A stretch of DNA of 64,000 bases from a virus: the IMG/VR virus record IMGVR_UViG_3300045988_168552. The stretch is one strand, 5' to 3'. The translations under genes were made by a program, and so were the position numbers. The notes beneath the pieces are model-generated. The model did not search any database, was not told the DNA's origin, and was given only the letters and a program-made list of their open reading frames with translations. This document shows positions 1-8,607 of the stretch, in pieces. Numbering within the stretch: the first letter of the stretch is position 1; each line of letters opens with the position of its first letter.

Positions 1-29
1 ACAACGAAAAGGGCGAGGTTCTCACAGAT

Positions 30-470
30 ATGCTGACTAAGGCGAAAAGTTCTAAGTGGGAGTTTCATAACTTCAGAATCTTTTTTCTGCCTTGTTTTAC
101 AAATGCTTATATCTCGTCGATATATGGCTACAGGCAGATTTCCGAATTGCAGGTTGCGCAGGAATTATCCCGCTTCTTCGCATTTGAAGGCGTTAAGTCA
201 GTTATCGGAGATTATTCCATGCTGGCACTCCCCGGGGGTATAGCCGTAGCTCGGTGCATCTTCAAGGATGAATATATAGTTTCTGCTGAGTTGTTCGATT
301 TCGTAACATACGAGTCTCTTGATAGGGATGAAATCAAGGACATCTACTATCAGGAGTTTCATCGACACATTTCCGGAGAAGAAATGAATATCTCTAATTT
401 CCCCGAAGATCTTCTGAGGGAAATTCTTGAGGATAGTGTAGAGAAGATGCAGAAGAAATGTAATAAATAA
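30..470 (+). CDS. hypothetical protein (possibly 5'-truncated by window edge)
   Basis: 146-aa ORF. The frame stays open back to nt 3, so the real start may lie upstream of the window. No motif recognised. Confidence 0.55.
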   Translation: MLTKAKSSKWEFHNFRIFFLPCFTNAYISSIYGYRQISELQVAQELSRFFAFEGVKSVIGDYSMLALPGGIAVARCIFKDEYIVSAELFDFVTYESLDRDEIKDIYYQEFHRHISGEEMNISNFPEDLLREILEDSVEKMQKKCNK

Positions 471-483
471 AAACAAAGCAAGT

Positions 484-753
484 ATGGATAAGAAAAAGTT
501 AAAGAAACTCTTTTATGAGGTGAAAGCAACAACCTCAGATGTGATATTTACAGTATTCATGTTTGGCATGCTCTATCTGCTTATTCATGCGATTATCACC
601 GATGTTAAAAGAGATGACAACCGCATAAAAGGTAGTAGCATCACCGTAACTTCAAAAGGTCACGAGTACATCATCTTTGAAACCGCCAGAGGCTACACCT
701 GCTGCATTCACTCAGCCTCCTGCCCCTGCGAAAAAAATCACTTAAAGCGATAG
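484..753 (+). CDS. small membrane protein
   Basis: 89 aa. One hydrophobic helix (VIFTVFMFGMLYLLIHAII) and a C-terminal Cys cluster (CCIHSASCPC). Confidence 0.5.
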   Translation: MDKKKLKKLFYEVKATTSDVIFTVFMFGMLYLLIHAIITDVKRDDNRIKGSSITVTSKGHEYIIFETARGYTCCIHSASCPCEKNHLKR

Positions 754-755
754 TT

Positions 756-1304
756 ATGGATAATAAAATGAATATGTTAAAAGAAACGCTAGGTGAGGAC
801 GGTTTAGACCGTCTGGCTGGTTTATCTGATAAGTGCTTTTTCATTAAAAAGGAAGACATCGAAAAAACGTTTGGTCGGAATTTGATTAATGACGGAAGTA
901 TTTTGGTAGGTGACAAGTCTCATTTTATTCCGGTTGATCTTACCAGTGATACGACAATCCAGGCAGAAGAACCAAGAAGAAGTTTCCGGTGTTCTTTCAC
1001 TATAGTAGATAAGCAGGAAGAACGTTATAATGCTCAGATGTTGGTAGTCTGCGTACTGCCGGTATTCGGTAAGTCGCTGTTTCCTGTAACTCCCCCTCAC
1101 CTTCCATTTCGATTGGCTGATGGCTACACAACGCTGTATCGCAACCGTCATAACTTCTTTTATGCGGCAATGAGAAATCTCTTCTCTCATTCCTTATCTG
1201 AGAAATCTGAAGAAGAGCAGTTGTTTGAAAGGCTAGAAACAGCGCAAGAGTTTGGCAATTATGAATATAACCCCCTGCTGACCAGCGATTCCATCGTTGG
1301 TTAG
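756..1304 (+). CDS. hypothetical protein
   Basis: 182-aa ORF starting 2 nt after the upstream stop (TAGTTATG junction). Tight same-strand packing. Confidence 0.6.
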   Translation: MDNKMNMLKETLGEDGLDRLAGLSDKCFFIKKEDIEKTFGRNLINDGSILVGDKSHFIPVDLTSDTTIQAEEPRRSFRCSFTIVDKQEERYNAQMLVVCVLPVFGKSLFPVTPPHLPFRLADGYTTLYRNRHNFFYAAMRNLFSHSLSEKSEEEQLFERLETAQEFGNYEYNPLLTSDSIVG

Positions 1305-1330
1305 TAGGGAGAGGATAAAAAGAAGAGAAT

Positions 1331-1744
1331 ATGATGACAATAAACAAAGAAATAATCCGGAGGACGAGTTTTTTTCTTCAGGCAATAGTTGAAGGCAAGA
1401 CTATTCAAATGAATGAAGGAGCCGTTTGGAAGGATATAGATATTGACGGGGAAGGAATAGATATTTCTATGCTCATATCGTGCCCATACCTTTACCGCAT
1501 TAAGCCGGAAGTAAAGTACCGTTCTTTTAAGGACAAAAAAGAGTGCTGGGCTGAGATGCAAAAACATCAGCCGTTTGGGTGGATAAAGTGCGAAGAAGGC
1601 TGTTTTAATATCGTTTATGTCACTGACGAATATGTAGGCCTGGCAGATCCCGATGGTAGCTCCATCTTGCTGGCATCAAAAAACAGCTATCAAGACAACA
1701 CCTTTGCAGACGGCACTCCATTTGGTATGAAAGTGGAGGAATAG
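1331..1744 (+). CDS. hypothetical protein (shares N-terminal module with 9582..10163)
   Basis: 137 aa. LQAIVEGKTIQ...YLYRIKPE resembles LQAIKEGKPVE...KYRIKPRE in 9582..10163. Confidence 0.6.
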   Translation: MMTINKEIIRRTSFFLQAIVEGKTIQMNEGAVWKDIDIDGEGIDISMLISCPYLYRIKPEVKYRSFKDKKECWAEMQKHQPFGWIKCEEGCFNIVYVTDEYVGLADPDGSSILLASKNSYQDNTFADGTPFGMKVEE

Positions 1745-1746
1745 TT

Positions 1747-2088
1747 ATGGCACTTGAACAATGCTTAGATTTACAGCTTATACTTCTTGCGGTATTTGTA
1801 ATATCCCTTATCGTGTTGATGGAGCAGATAGCTGAGTATATTTATTTTAAAAAAGATAACAGTATGAAGATAAAAATTATTTCAGTTCGTTTTCCCAGGT
1901 TCTTTAATGTGGAGAGATTACCGAGCTTTACGGATGAAGTGAAGTACTTCATCATGTATAAAAAACATTGGTGGCAGAGATACAGATACTTGAATGACTG
2001 TTTCACCCGCCCTATGAAGTTTGACAGCGCTGATGCAGCAAAAGAATATCTCAAAAAGCAAGGTATAGATTATAAAGGAAAAGCATAA
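1747..2088 (+). CDS. hypothetical membrane-anchored protein
   Basis: 113 aa. N-terminal hydrophobic helix (LILLAVFVISLIVLM). TAGTTATG junction with the upstream gene. Confidence 0.5.
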   Translation: MALEQCLDLQLILLAVFVISLIVLMEQIAEYIYFKKDNSMKIKIISVRFPRFFNVERLPSFTDEVKYFIMYKKHWWQRYRYLNDCFTRPMKFDSADAAKEYLKKQGIDYKGKA

Positions 2089-2104
2089 TATTTTTGATTA
2101 GCGT

Positions 2105-2860
2105 ATGGCAGATGAAAGTTTTTTAAAGCAAGCCTACACCCTCGAAGACCTGGCAAACGATATATTCTGGCGAGACCTAAAAGAATTGCCGGCAGATCAG
2201 GTTTATTGGAACCACGGTTTTTGGGCAGAACAGGAGCGGTTGCGTAAGGCTCTCGATGAGGGCGTAGTAATCAATAATGAATGGTACAATGAGGATTTTC
2301 GCATTCCAAGAACTCTGCATCATGGGATGTATGAATATTTGAAAGGTGCAGACGAGTTTCGTTGCAGAGTAGGAGTTGTCTTGTACTATGGTGATAAATT
2401 CACGCAAGATGGTGCGTGTTTGTCCTTCTATTCCGGAGATACGAAATACCAGCAGCGTCCTGCGCCTGATTACGTCGCTCGTTATTTTACTAAAAGAAGA
2501 CAGACTATGACAGAGAAAAAAGTGTTGCCCCTCGTCCTAGAAAAAAAATGGTTTAAGAAAATCGTTTCGGGCGAGAAGACTGAAGAATATCGGGAAATCA
2601 AGAAGTATTGGGCTTCCCGACTGGTAAATCAGCAAGCCGAAAGCGGTGAAGTGTTGTTTGATGAGTTCGGCGGCTATACCACCGTGATAGGCGAGCCGGA
2701 ATATAAACCCTTCACCCACGTCCTATTCTATGCTGGTTACGCAAAAGACCGTCAGGTAGTAGAAAAGAAAATCGAAAGCATCACCATCGGCAAACCGCAG
2801 AAGGGTATGTGTCCGGATGAGTGGCTAGGCAAGGATGTTTTCATCATCAAATTCAAGTAA
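2105..2860 (+). CDS. ASCH-domain-like protein
   Basis: 251 aa. The C-terminal part VLPLVLEKKWFKKIVSGEKTEEYREIKKYWASRL...HVLFYAGY fits the ASCH / ASC-1 homology pattern (beta-barrel with G.K..E.R). By eye only. Confidence 0.5.
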   Translation: MADESFLKQAYTLEDLANDIFWRDLKELPADQVYWNHGFWAEQERLRKALDEGVVINNEWYNEDFRIPRTLHHGMYEYLKGADEFRCRVGVVLYYGDKFTQDGACLSFYSGDTKYQQRPAPDYVARYFTKRRQTMTEKKVLPLVLEKKWFKKIVSGEKTEEYREIKKYWASRLVNQQAESGEVLFDEFGGYTTVIGEPEYKPFTHVLFYAGYAKDRQVVEKKIESITIGKPQKGMCPDEWLGKDVFIIKFK

Positions 2861-2864
2861 GCGT

Positions 2865-3002
2865 ATGGCAAAGAAAGAAGAGAAATGCTGTGGCAACTGC
2901 TTTTGGTTCGACAACGAGGATGCTTACGGCCAAGGCTGGTGCATCGATGAGCAATGTGAAACATCCTGCGGCAGTATTTGTGGTAATCACTTAAACAGAT
3001 AA
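2865..3002 (+). CDS. small Cys-rich protein
   Basis: 45 aa, too short for the ORF track. MAKKEEKCCGNCFWFDNEDAYGQGWCIDEQCETSCGSICGNHLNR. Bounded by TAAGCGTATG junctions on both sides. Confidence 0.5.
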   Translation: MAKKEEKCCGNCFWFDNEDAYGQGWCIDEQCETSCGSICGNHLNR

Positions 3003-3006
3003 GCGT

Positions 3007-3477
3007 ATGAAAGAAGAAGATTATATTAAGTCATATCCTTATGATACCTACACCGAGCGTGTAGATGCGGATAAGCTGGCAGAAGGTAGAATATACCTTA
3101 TTGAAACGCCGAGAGCTGAGACAAGATTTCTGAGAGCGTATGTTTGCGTAAAGCAGGTTCTTCCTTCTGATGGTGGTATTGTATTGCATTTTGGTATTTA
3201 TATTGAGCGAGCAGGAATGACGGTTCATATTTCTGACCCTCACGCAAAGAATTACCAAAGCGTTGCGTCTTCACGTTGCGCCAATGCTATATATAAAGAT
3301 ATAGGTTTAATGCGATATGATGATTATAATTTCTATATTCCTAGTCAAGATCAGGTAAAGGATGTCCTAGACAACCTTCGCAGTTTGGGCTATATGTTTA
3401 TAGATGATGAAATGAGAAAGATCGACATCGCACCTCTATTTCCGGCGGTTCCATTTTGTATAAAGAATAAAGAATAA
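3007..3477 (+). CDS. hypothetical protein (shares C-terminal module with 9582..10163)
   Basis: 156 aa. RIYLIETPRAE...YIPSQDQVKDVLDNLRSLGYMF parallels RIYLLRSDIDAG...YHPSLAQVQMLESKLREIGYEF. Confidence 0.6.
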   Translation: MKEEDYIKSYPYDTYTERVDADKLAEGRIYLIETPRAETRFLRAYVCVKQVLPSDGGIVLHFGIYIERAGMTVHISDPHAKNYQSVASSRCANAIYKDIGLMRYDDYNFYIPSQDQVKDVLDNLRSLGYMFIDDEMRKIDIAPLFPAVPFCIKNKE

Positions 3478-3494
3478 TAAAAACGTTAAAGATT

Positions 3495-3758
3495 ATGGCA
3501 TGTGATTGTATTAGCAGAGTAGAGAAATTGGTTAAGGCAAAGACTAACGAGAGTGGTTGTCTTGATACAAGTATCGGTGTTCCATCTGGCATTGCGATGG
3601 TAAACATTTATGGTTTGTTCCATAAGCAGAAGAAGGATGGTTCCTTCTGTGAAAAGTGGAACCAGATAAATATCCTCCCCCAGTATTGCCCTTTCTGTGG
3701 CAAGAAGTATGTGGAGGATAAAAAAGAAGATGTTCAACAGGAAGAAAAGGAAAAATAG
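3495..3758 (+). CDS. putative zinc-ribbon protein
   Basis: 87 aa. Cys pairs CDC near the N-terminus and CPFC near the C-terminus, plus an acidic tail. Confidence 0.5.
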   Translation: MACDCISRVEKLVKAKTNESGCLDTSIGVPSGIAMVNIYGLFHKQKKDGSFCEKWNQINILPQYCPFCGKKYVEDKKEDVQQEEKEK

Positions 3759-3761
3759 CGT

Positions 3762-3896
3762 ATGAAAGAAAGTCTTAGAGATTATTATTATCACCCGGAA
3801 TTTACAATGGCGGATAAATCATTTATGATGATTCCTACCCCAAAAGACTACGGGCAGTATTTACAGAATAAGCGTAATAGGAGAAGAAAGAAATGA
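3762..3896 (+). CDS. small basic protein
   Basis: 44 aa, too short for the ORF track. MKESLRDYYYHPEF...NKRNRRRKK. In-frame TAGCGTATG junction with the upstream gene. Confidence 0.4.
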   Translation: MKESLRDYYYHPEFTMADKSFMMIPTPKDYGQYLQNKRNRRRKK

Positions 3897-4159
3897 CGTT
3901 AGAGTTATCGATGGAGGAAAAGGTAATCGTAACCGTTCTTTGGGTGTTTACGATATTCTTTATGATGTTTCTTTCCGGAATGTTTGAAGGCAGTCGCGAG
4001 TCAATAAGGGCATCAAATATTCCGCCACCACTACCACCATCGCCCTCTCACTCCCGTTCCCTGCGATTCCATCGCAGACCAAAAATAAAGAGTAATAACA
4101 AAAATAAAAACAAAAAAGATTATGGCAGAAATAACAAAACAACAGAATGTAGAGAATGA
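3893..4159 (+). CDS. questionable ORF (small membrane protein?)
   Basis: N-terminal TM-like helix VIVTVLWVFTIFFMMFLSGMF. The C-terminal half is just the translation of the repeated hairpin plus A-rich leader element, and it overlaps 4122..4427. Confidence 0.25.
   Translation: MTLELSMEEKVIVTVLWVFTIFFMMFLSGMFEGSRESIRASNIPPPLPPSPSHSRSLRFHRRPKIKSNNKNKNKKDYGRNNKTTECRE
4053..4077 (+). repeat. conserved hairpin element, copy 1
   Basis: CCCGTTCCCTGCGATTCCATCGCAG. Perfect 7-bp stem CTGCGAT/ATCGCAG with loop TCC. Followed by an A-rich leader and ATG 4122. Confidence 0.8.
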
Positions 4160-4427
4160 ATCAGAAGAAGAGGAGTGCGGCAAGCAGATTTTTCAGCTCA
4201 ACCTTTCCTACTATGAGATGAAGGACGACAAGTTCACCGTCAAGGTAACTTGCGAGAAGGATGGCAAGGAGTCTGACCTGAAAATCCTCACCGATGATAA
4301 TTCTATCGGTATGGTGTATGAGGGAATGAAAATCGTCCTTGGTACCGTGGCTCGCTTCTACCTGATGAGCCTTTTGGATAAAGGCGCAATCACCCAGGAG
4401 GAGTACGATAAAATGACGGGTAATTAA
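4122..4427 (+). CDS. hypothetical acidic protein
   Basis: 101 aa. Start context AAGATTATGGCAGAAA is shared with 6127. Its first ~15 codons are duplicated at 6127. Confidence 0.6.
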   Translation: MAEITKQQNVENESEEEECGKQIFQLNLSYYEMKDDKFTVKVTCEKDGKESDLKILTDDNSIGMVYEGMKIVLGTVARFYLMSLLDKGAITQEEYDKMTGN

Positions 4428-4444
4428 TCGGAAATGATAGATAT

Positions 4445-4612
4445 ATGAAGCAAGAAGAAAAAAGCTCTATTAAGTCTTCATTACCCTGCAAGTCTCAGGA
4501 GTCAGCAGAGGAGTATGATAGTAATGATGTTCCTCTCATTTCTCCTCCGTTGACTCCAAGAGTATTATTGCTACAAATGATACATGTTTTTATAAAGACA
4601 AAAAAGAAATAG
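4445..4612 (+). CDS. small protein (C-terminus duplicated in 6127..6276)
   Basis: 55 aa, too short for the ORF track. ...EEYDSNDVPLISPPLTPRVLLLQMIHVFIKTKKK. Confidence 0.4.
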   Translation: MKQEEKSSIKSSLPCKSQESAEEYDSNDVPLISPPLTPRVLLLQMIHVFIKTKKK

Positions 4613-4615
4613 CGT

Positions 4616-5164
4616 ATGTTGTACGAAGCAAAGAAAGGAACAAAGACTTATGAATACATAAACAGTATTCTTGAAGCCGAATTTGAAGAGTACAAAGCTT
4701 ATATGAAGCGAGTACACGAAGCCGTAGATTTCGAGTTTCAGAAGTACAAAGGTTATCAGCCGAACGGCAGCTTGTTGCGAGAGCACGAGATAATCGCAAT
4801 CTGGGTACCAGCCGAGCAGTATGATACGATGGATAAGAAGCTATGGCGAAAGGTAGATAGCACCACAATCAAGAACGTTCTCCACGTAGCGGTAATGCCT
4901 AACAAGCGTTACAAGTGGGGCAAAAGAGTGGATGCCATCCTTTCCTCTTACAAACCAGTAACAAATCACTGGAAGTTGTTAAAGGCATTGAATGTAAAAG
5001 AGCCTGCATCCAGCAGTTTCTCCATTACTCAGCTCCTCAGTCATAAAGACCGTATCTTTGCCTTCTTTGACGATAGCATCCGAGCCGAGAAGTGCAATCC
5101 TGATTTCAAGGAAATCACGATAGGAGAGTATGAGGATCTTATAAATAGTGATAAAGAAGGGTAG
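4616..5164 (+). CDS. hypothetical protein, paralog A
   Basis: 182 aa. Collinear with 6280..6822 (MLYEAKKGTKTYEYINSILEAEFEEYKAYMKRV vs MLYEAKQETKAYEYIKGILDAEFKEHQAYMKRV). Confidence 0.7.
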   Translation: MLYEAKKGTKTYEYINSILEAEFEEYKAYMKRVHEAVDFEFQKYKGYQPNGSLLREHEIIAIWVPAEQYDTMDKKLWRKVDSTTIKNVLHVAVMPNKRYKWGKRVDAILSSYKPVTNHWKLLKALNVKEPASSSFSITQLLSHKDRIFAFFDDSIRAEKCNPDFKEITIGEYEDLINSDKEG

Positions 5165-5167
5165 CGT

Positions 5168-5623
5168 ATGAAGATAAATATGAATCAGGTGAAGGAGAAG
5201 ATTGCAGGCTTTATTTTTGACCTTATCATAGAATCGGGCAGTAAGTCTAAGTTCTTCCGTAAGTACACCAACCATCGCTTCCGTAAGCAGTACGAACGAT
5301 TGAAGGATGATTCCTATTTTCATCAGTATAAACGCAACAGCGATTTAGAAAAAGTGAATAGTAAGCTGCATGAAAAGATCAGCGCTTTAAACTACAGACT
5401 TCGCTCTATTTATGATGCGGTGAAAGTCGTAGCCACGGAGTACCCTAAGAACATCCCGTGCCCTCACGGAGAAAAGGATGAAGTAAACGATTGCCCTGTC
5501 AGAACAGATTCCACTGAATGCTGGTGCTGCCCAGGTTTCGTATGTAGAATACCTGAAAAAGGTACCATCATTTGTTGGAATGAGAACTTTGAACAGAGTG
5601 AGGATTTAGAAAAGAAGGAGTAG
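5168..5623 (+). CDS. hypothetical protein with Cys-rich C-terminus
   Basis: 151 aa. CPHGEKDEVNDCPVRTDSTECWCCPGFVC. Confidence 0.6.
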   Translation: MKINMNQVKEKIAGFIFDLIIESGSKSKFFRKYTNHRFRKQYERLKDDSYFHQYKRNSDLEKVNSKLHEKISALNYRLRSIYDAVKVVATEYPKNIPCPHGEKDEVNDCPVRTDSTECWCCPGFVCRIPEKGTIICWNENFEQSEDLEKKE

Positions 5624-5626
5624 AGT

Positions 5627-6040
5627 ATGGAAATAAAAGATTATAAGTTTAAGGCAAAAAGTATTGAAGATTCCAGATACCATCCTGCAAAAGGCTCCTG
5701 GGTTATCGGTTGTTTCTATTATGACAACGAGAATGCTTATATCCGTCATCCTTACAAGGTAGATAAGAACGGCAGACCTACGTCATATATGAGCACAAGA
5801 GTTGATCCTGATACGCTTTGTCAATATACCGGAATGAAGGATAAAAACGGTGTAGAGATATATGAGTACGATTTGTTGTCATGTGAGGATCATACTAAAC
5901 TTCGCTTATTTTGTAACACGTGCCTTCCTTGTCTAGATGATACTGTAGTCTTTTTGCAGTTATCATCTGAATCAAGTGTACAAAATGCTGAGGTGTATGG
6001 TAACATCTTTGATGATCACTACATTAGAGCGCCCCGATAG
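5627..6040 (+). CDS. YopX-family phage protein
   Basis: 137 aa. TLCQYTGMKDKNGVEIYEYDLL and a C-terminal EVYGNIFDD match the YopX signature (qyTGlkDknGkeIyegDi ... GNi.dn). Confidence 0.7.
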   Translation: MEIKDYKFKAKSIEDSRYHPAKGSWVIGCFYYDNENAYIRHPYKVDKNGRPTSYMSTRVDPDTLCQYTGMKDKNGVEIYEYDLLSCEDHTKLRLFCNTCLPCLDDTVVFLQLSSESSVQNAEVYGNIFDDHYIRAPR

Positions 6041-6056
6041 ACGTTGCCCTCTCGCC

Positions 6057-6082
6057 CCCGTTCCCAGCGATTCCATCGCAGG
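6057..6082 (+). repeat. conserved hairpin element, copy 2
   Basis: CCCGTTCCCAGCGATTCCATCGCAGG, stem with one mismatch. Part of the 4.04/6.04 kb segmental duplication. Confidence 0.75.
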
Positions 6083-6126
6083 TCAAAAGTAAAGAGTAAT
6101 AACGAAAATAAAAACAAAAAAAGATT

Positions 6127-6276
6127 ATGGCAGAAAAAACAATGTTACAGAATGTAGAGAATGAATCAGAAGAGGAGTATGATTGTAATGATGTTCCTCT
6201 CATTTCTCCTCCGTTGATTCCAAGAGTATTATTGCTAAAAATGATACATGTTTTTATAAAGACAAAAAAGAAATAG
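6127..6276 (+). CDS. small chimeric protein (N-term of 4122 gene fused to C-term of 4445 gene)
   Basis: 49 aa, too short for the ORF track. MAEKTMLQNVENESEEEYDCNDVPLISPPLIPRVLLLKMIHVFIKTKKK. Confidence 0.4.
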   Translation: MAEKTMLQNVENESEEEYDCNDVPLISPPLIPRVLLLKMIHVFIKTKKK

Positions 6277-6279
6277 CGT

Positions 6280-6822
6280 ATGTTGTACGAAGCAAAACAA
6301 GAAACAAAGGCGTACGAATACATTAAAGGTATTCTCGATGCTGAATTTAAAGAACATCAAGCCTACATGAAACGAGTAGAAGAAGCCGTAGGCTTCGAGT
6401 TTGAAAAATATCAGGGCTATCAGCCTAACAGAACTCTCACAAGAGAGTACGAGATTACTGCTATATGGGTTCTTTCTGAGCGTTACGATACACTAGATAA
6501 GAAGGTGTGGAAGAAGATAGACGGTGTAAAATTGGAGGACGGTTACTATGTAGCTATTGCGCCTAATAAGCGATATAAGCAAGGCAAGGCAATAGCCTCC
6601 GTTCTTCTCTCCTATAAATCAGTTGCTAACCATTTCAAGGTAATGAAGGAACTGAATATAGAAGTCCCTCAAACTAGCCGTTTCTCTATTACTCAGCTCC
6701 TCCGTCATAAAGACCGCATTTTCGTTTACTTTGATGACAGCATCCGAGCCGAGAAAAAAAATCCTGATTTCAAGGAAATCACGATAGGAGAGTATGAGGA
6801 TTTCGTTAATAGCAAAGATTAG
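6280..6822 (+). CDS. hypothetical protein, paralog B
   Basis: 180 aa. Full-length paralog of 4616..5164. Confidence 0.7.
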   Translation: MLYEAKQETKAYEYIKGILDAEFKEHQAYMKRVEEAVGFEFEKYQGYQPNRTLTREYEITAIWVLSERYDTLDKKVWKKIDGVKLEDGYYVAIAPNKRYKQGKAIASVLLSYKSVANHFKVMKELNIEVPQTSRFSITQLLRHKDRIFVYFDDSIRAEKKNPDFKEITIGEYEDFVNSKD

Positions 6823-6827
6823 AGCGT

Positions 6828-7622
6828 ATGGAAACAAATGATTATGTAAGCATCATCAAGAATATGCTAAAGTTTAGTAATATGGTGGAATGCGTTTATC
6901 CCGACCAATACAAGTTTGTCTGTCATCTGCATAATATTCAGGAGCGTGAAGCGATGGATATGTACGGTGATCTACGTAAGATAGCTTCGGGTCAGTATTG
7001 GAGTATCAACGATAAGAAGGACGGGTATCTTTATTCCATGATAAACATGGCGTTGGAAGCTAGTAAGATTCAAGTCTTCAACTCTCTCATCAAAGATACC
7101 GCAGCCATTGGCGAGGATAGAAAGCCAAATATCCTTGCATTCTTTAAAAGAGGCGATGAGCGTTTTCAGCAGGAGTTTAATTTGCAATGGCAGGTTGCAT
7201 ATCTTGATATAGCCGAAATGATAAAGAACGGCTATACGCTAACGGCTACCGCCCGCCAGGTAGATAATGTTGATGCCAAAGATTACGTAGGCGAGAATAA
7301 TAACAAGAAATCATATATTCCTATTTACGATGGCGATGTAATGCTTTGCTATGTAAGAAACCCGAAATGGTGGAGTTCTGATTGCGAGAACAGCGGTCTG
7401 TATCTCTGTAAAGATGGCGTTTACTATCGTCTCATTTATACCCCAGGTAAAGGTTATATCAGACACGGTGAGCCTGATACTGACGAAGCCTTCGAGTTGG
7501 ATATTGAGGAGAATGCCTTCAGCAGCTATGTGATGACTCTCAGTCAGAAGTGGTATAAGCTTGGTAATATCCACGCTGGTATCGGATTCTTAATTGAAAA
7601 ACCAGAAGATAAAGACGAATAG
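6828..7622 (+). CDS. hypothetical protein
   Basis: 264-aa ORF in the tightly packed early operon. No motif recognised. Confidence 0.6.
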   Translation: METNDYVSIIKNMLKFSNMVECVYPDQYKFVCHLHNIQEREAMDMYGDLRKIASGQYWSINDKKDGYLYSMINMALEASKIQVFNSLIKDTAAIGEDRKPNILAFFKRGDERFQQEFNLQWQVAYLDIAEMIKNGYTLTATARQVDNVDAKDYVGENNNKKSYIPIYDGDVMLCYVRNPKWWSSDCENSGLYLCKDGVYYRLIYTPGKGYIRHGEPDTDEAFELDIEENAFSSYVMTLSQKWYKLGNIHAGIGFLIEKPEDKDE

Positions 7623-7625
7623 CGT

Positions 7626-8603
7626 ATGGAAATAGAAACGAAAGAAACTCCCGTAAAGGGAGCATTGATTTATCAGCCGCAGGGTGCGGCTGGTGAATAT
7701 GCCAAATGGGCAATCAATCTATACCATGGTTGCTCTAACGGTTGCACGTATTGTTATAACCGCAGAGGGGTGTTGAGCCATGTCTTCGGTGATAAGCCGG
7801 AACTGGCAGCACCTATCATCAAGCAGCGAGATAAGTTGCTCAATGAATATCTGAAGAAAAACAATATGACTGCACATGATGCTATTAAGAAAGGTGTTGT
7901 AAACCATGAAAGTCTTGTTGCTGCCCGTGATCTTATCTCGAAGGATCTAGAGAAGATAGGAATAGATAAAATACGTCAGGATGGCGGTATCTTTTTCTCT
8001 TTCACCTGCGACCCATTCGATATAGAGGCAGATATGTTTATCCTGCAGCAGGTGGTTTTACATTTGCTATTTGATCGTATTCCAGTCACGATATTAACAA
8101 AAAACGTGCATTGGATGCAGACGGGTTTGTGGAAGAGTACACTTCGAGACCTTACAACAGATTATAAGGATATAGCTCGCTACCTCACCATCGGTTTTAC
8201 TATTACCGGTAAAGATAAGCTGGAGCCTGGCGCTCCTTCTACCGAGGAACGTATCGAAGCTTTGCGTGAACTGCACGACAAATACGTGGTTAAGAACTTT
8301 GTGTCTTTAGAGCCAATAACGAGTATTCATACCGCATCGGAAGTAATCAAGAAAACATATCAGATTACGGACGAGATACGTATTGGTGTCCAGTCGCCTA
8401 TCAAGAAGGACAGATATGATCCGAACGAGTTTACTGGTTTCGTTATCGCGGTTAAAACCCTGGCACGCGGTCTTGATTGCCGTTTCATGGTAAAGGATAG
8501 TATGTATAAGCTGGCTGAAACTTTTGAAGGTGCTTATAGAGATTTGTGTGTTACAAAACTTGATGAGATAAGAGAAATTTATGCAACAAAAAGTAAAGAA
8601 TAA
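7626..8603 (+). CDS. radical SAM protein (SplB / DNA-repair-photolyase-like, COG1533-like)
   Basis: 325 aa. YHGCSNGCTYCY carries the CxxxCxxC 4Fe-4S/SAM motif close to the N-terminus, as in the SplB-like radical SAM group. Confidence 0.75.
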   Translation: MEIETKETPVKGALIYQPQGAAGEYAKWAINLYHGCSNGCTYCYNRRGVLSHVFGDKPELAAPIIKQRDKLLNEYLKKNNMTAHDAIKKGVVNHESLVAARDLISKDLEKIGIDKIRQDGGIFFSFTCDPFDIEADMFILQQVVLHLLFDRIPVTILTKNVHWMQTGLWKSTLRDLTTDYKDIARYLTIGFTITGKDKLEPGAPSTEERIEALRELHDKYVVKNFVSLEPITSIHTASEVIKKTYQITDEIRIGVQSPIKKDRYDPNEFTGFVIAVKTLARGLDCRFMVKDSMYKLAETFEGAYRDLCVTKLDEIREIYATKSKE

Positions 8604-8607
8604 AATT

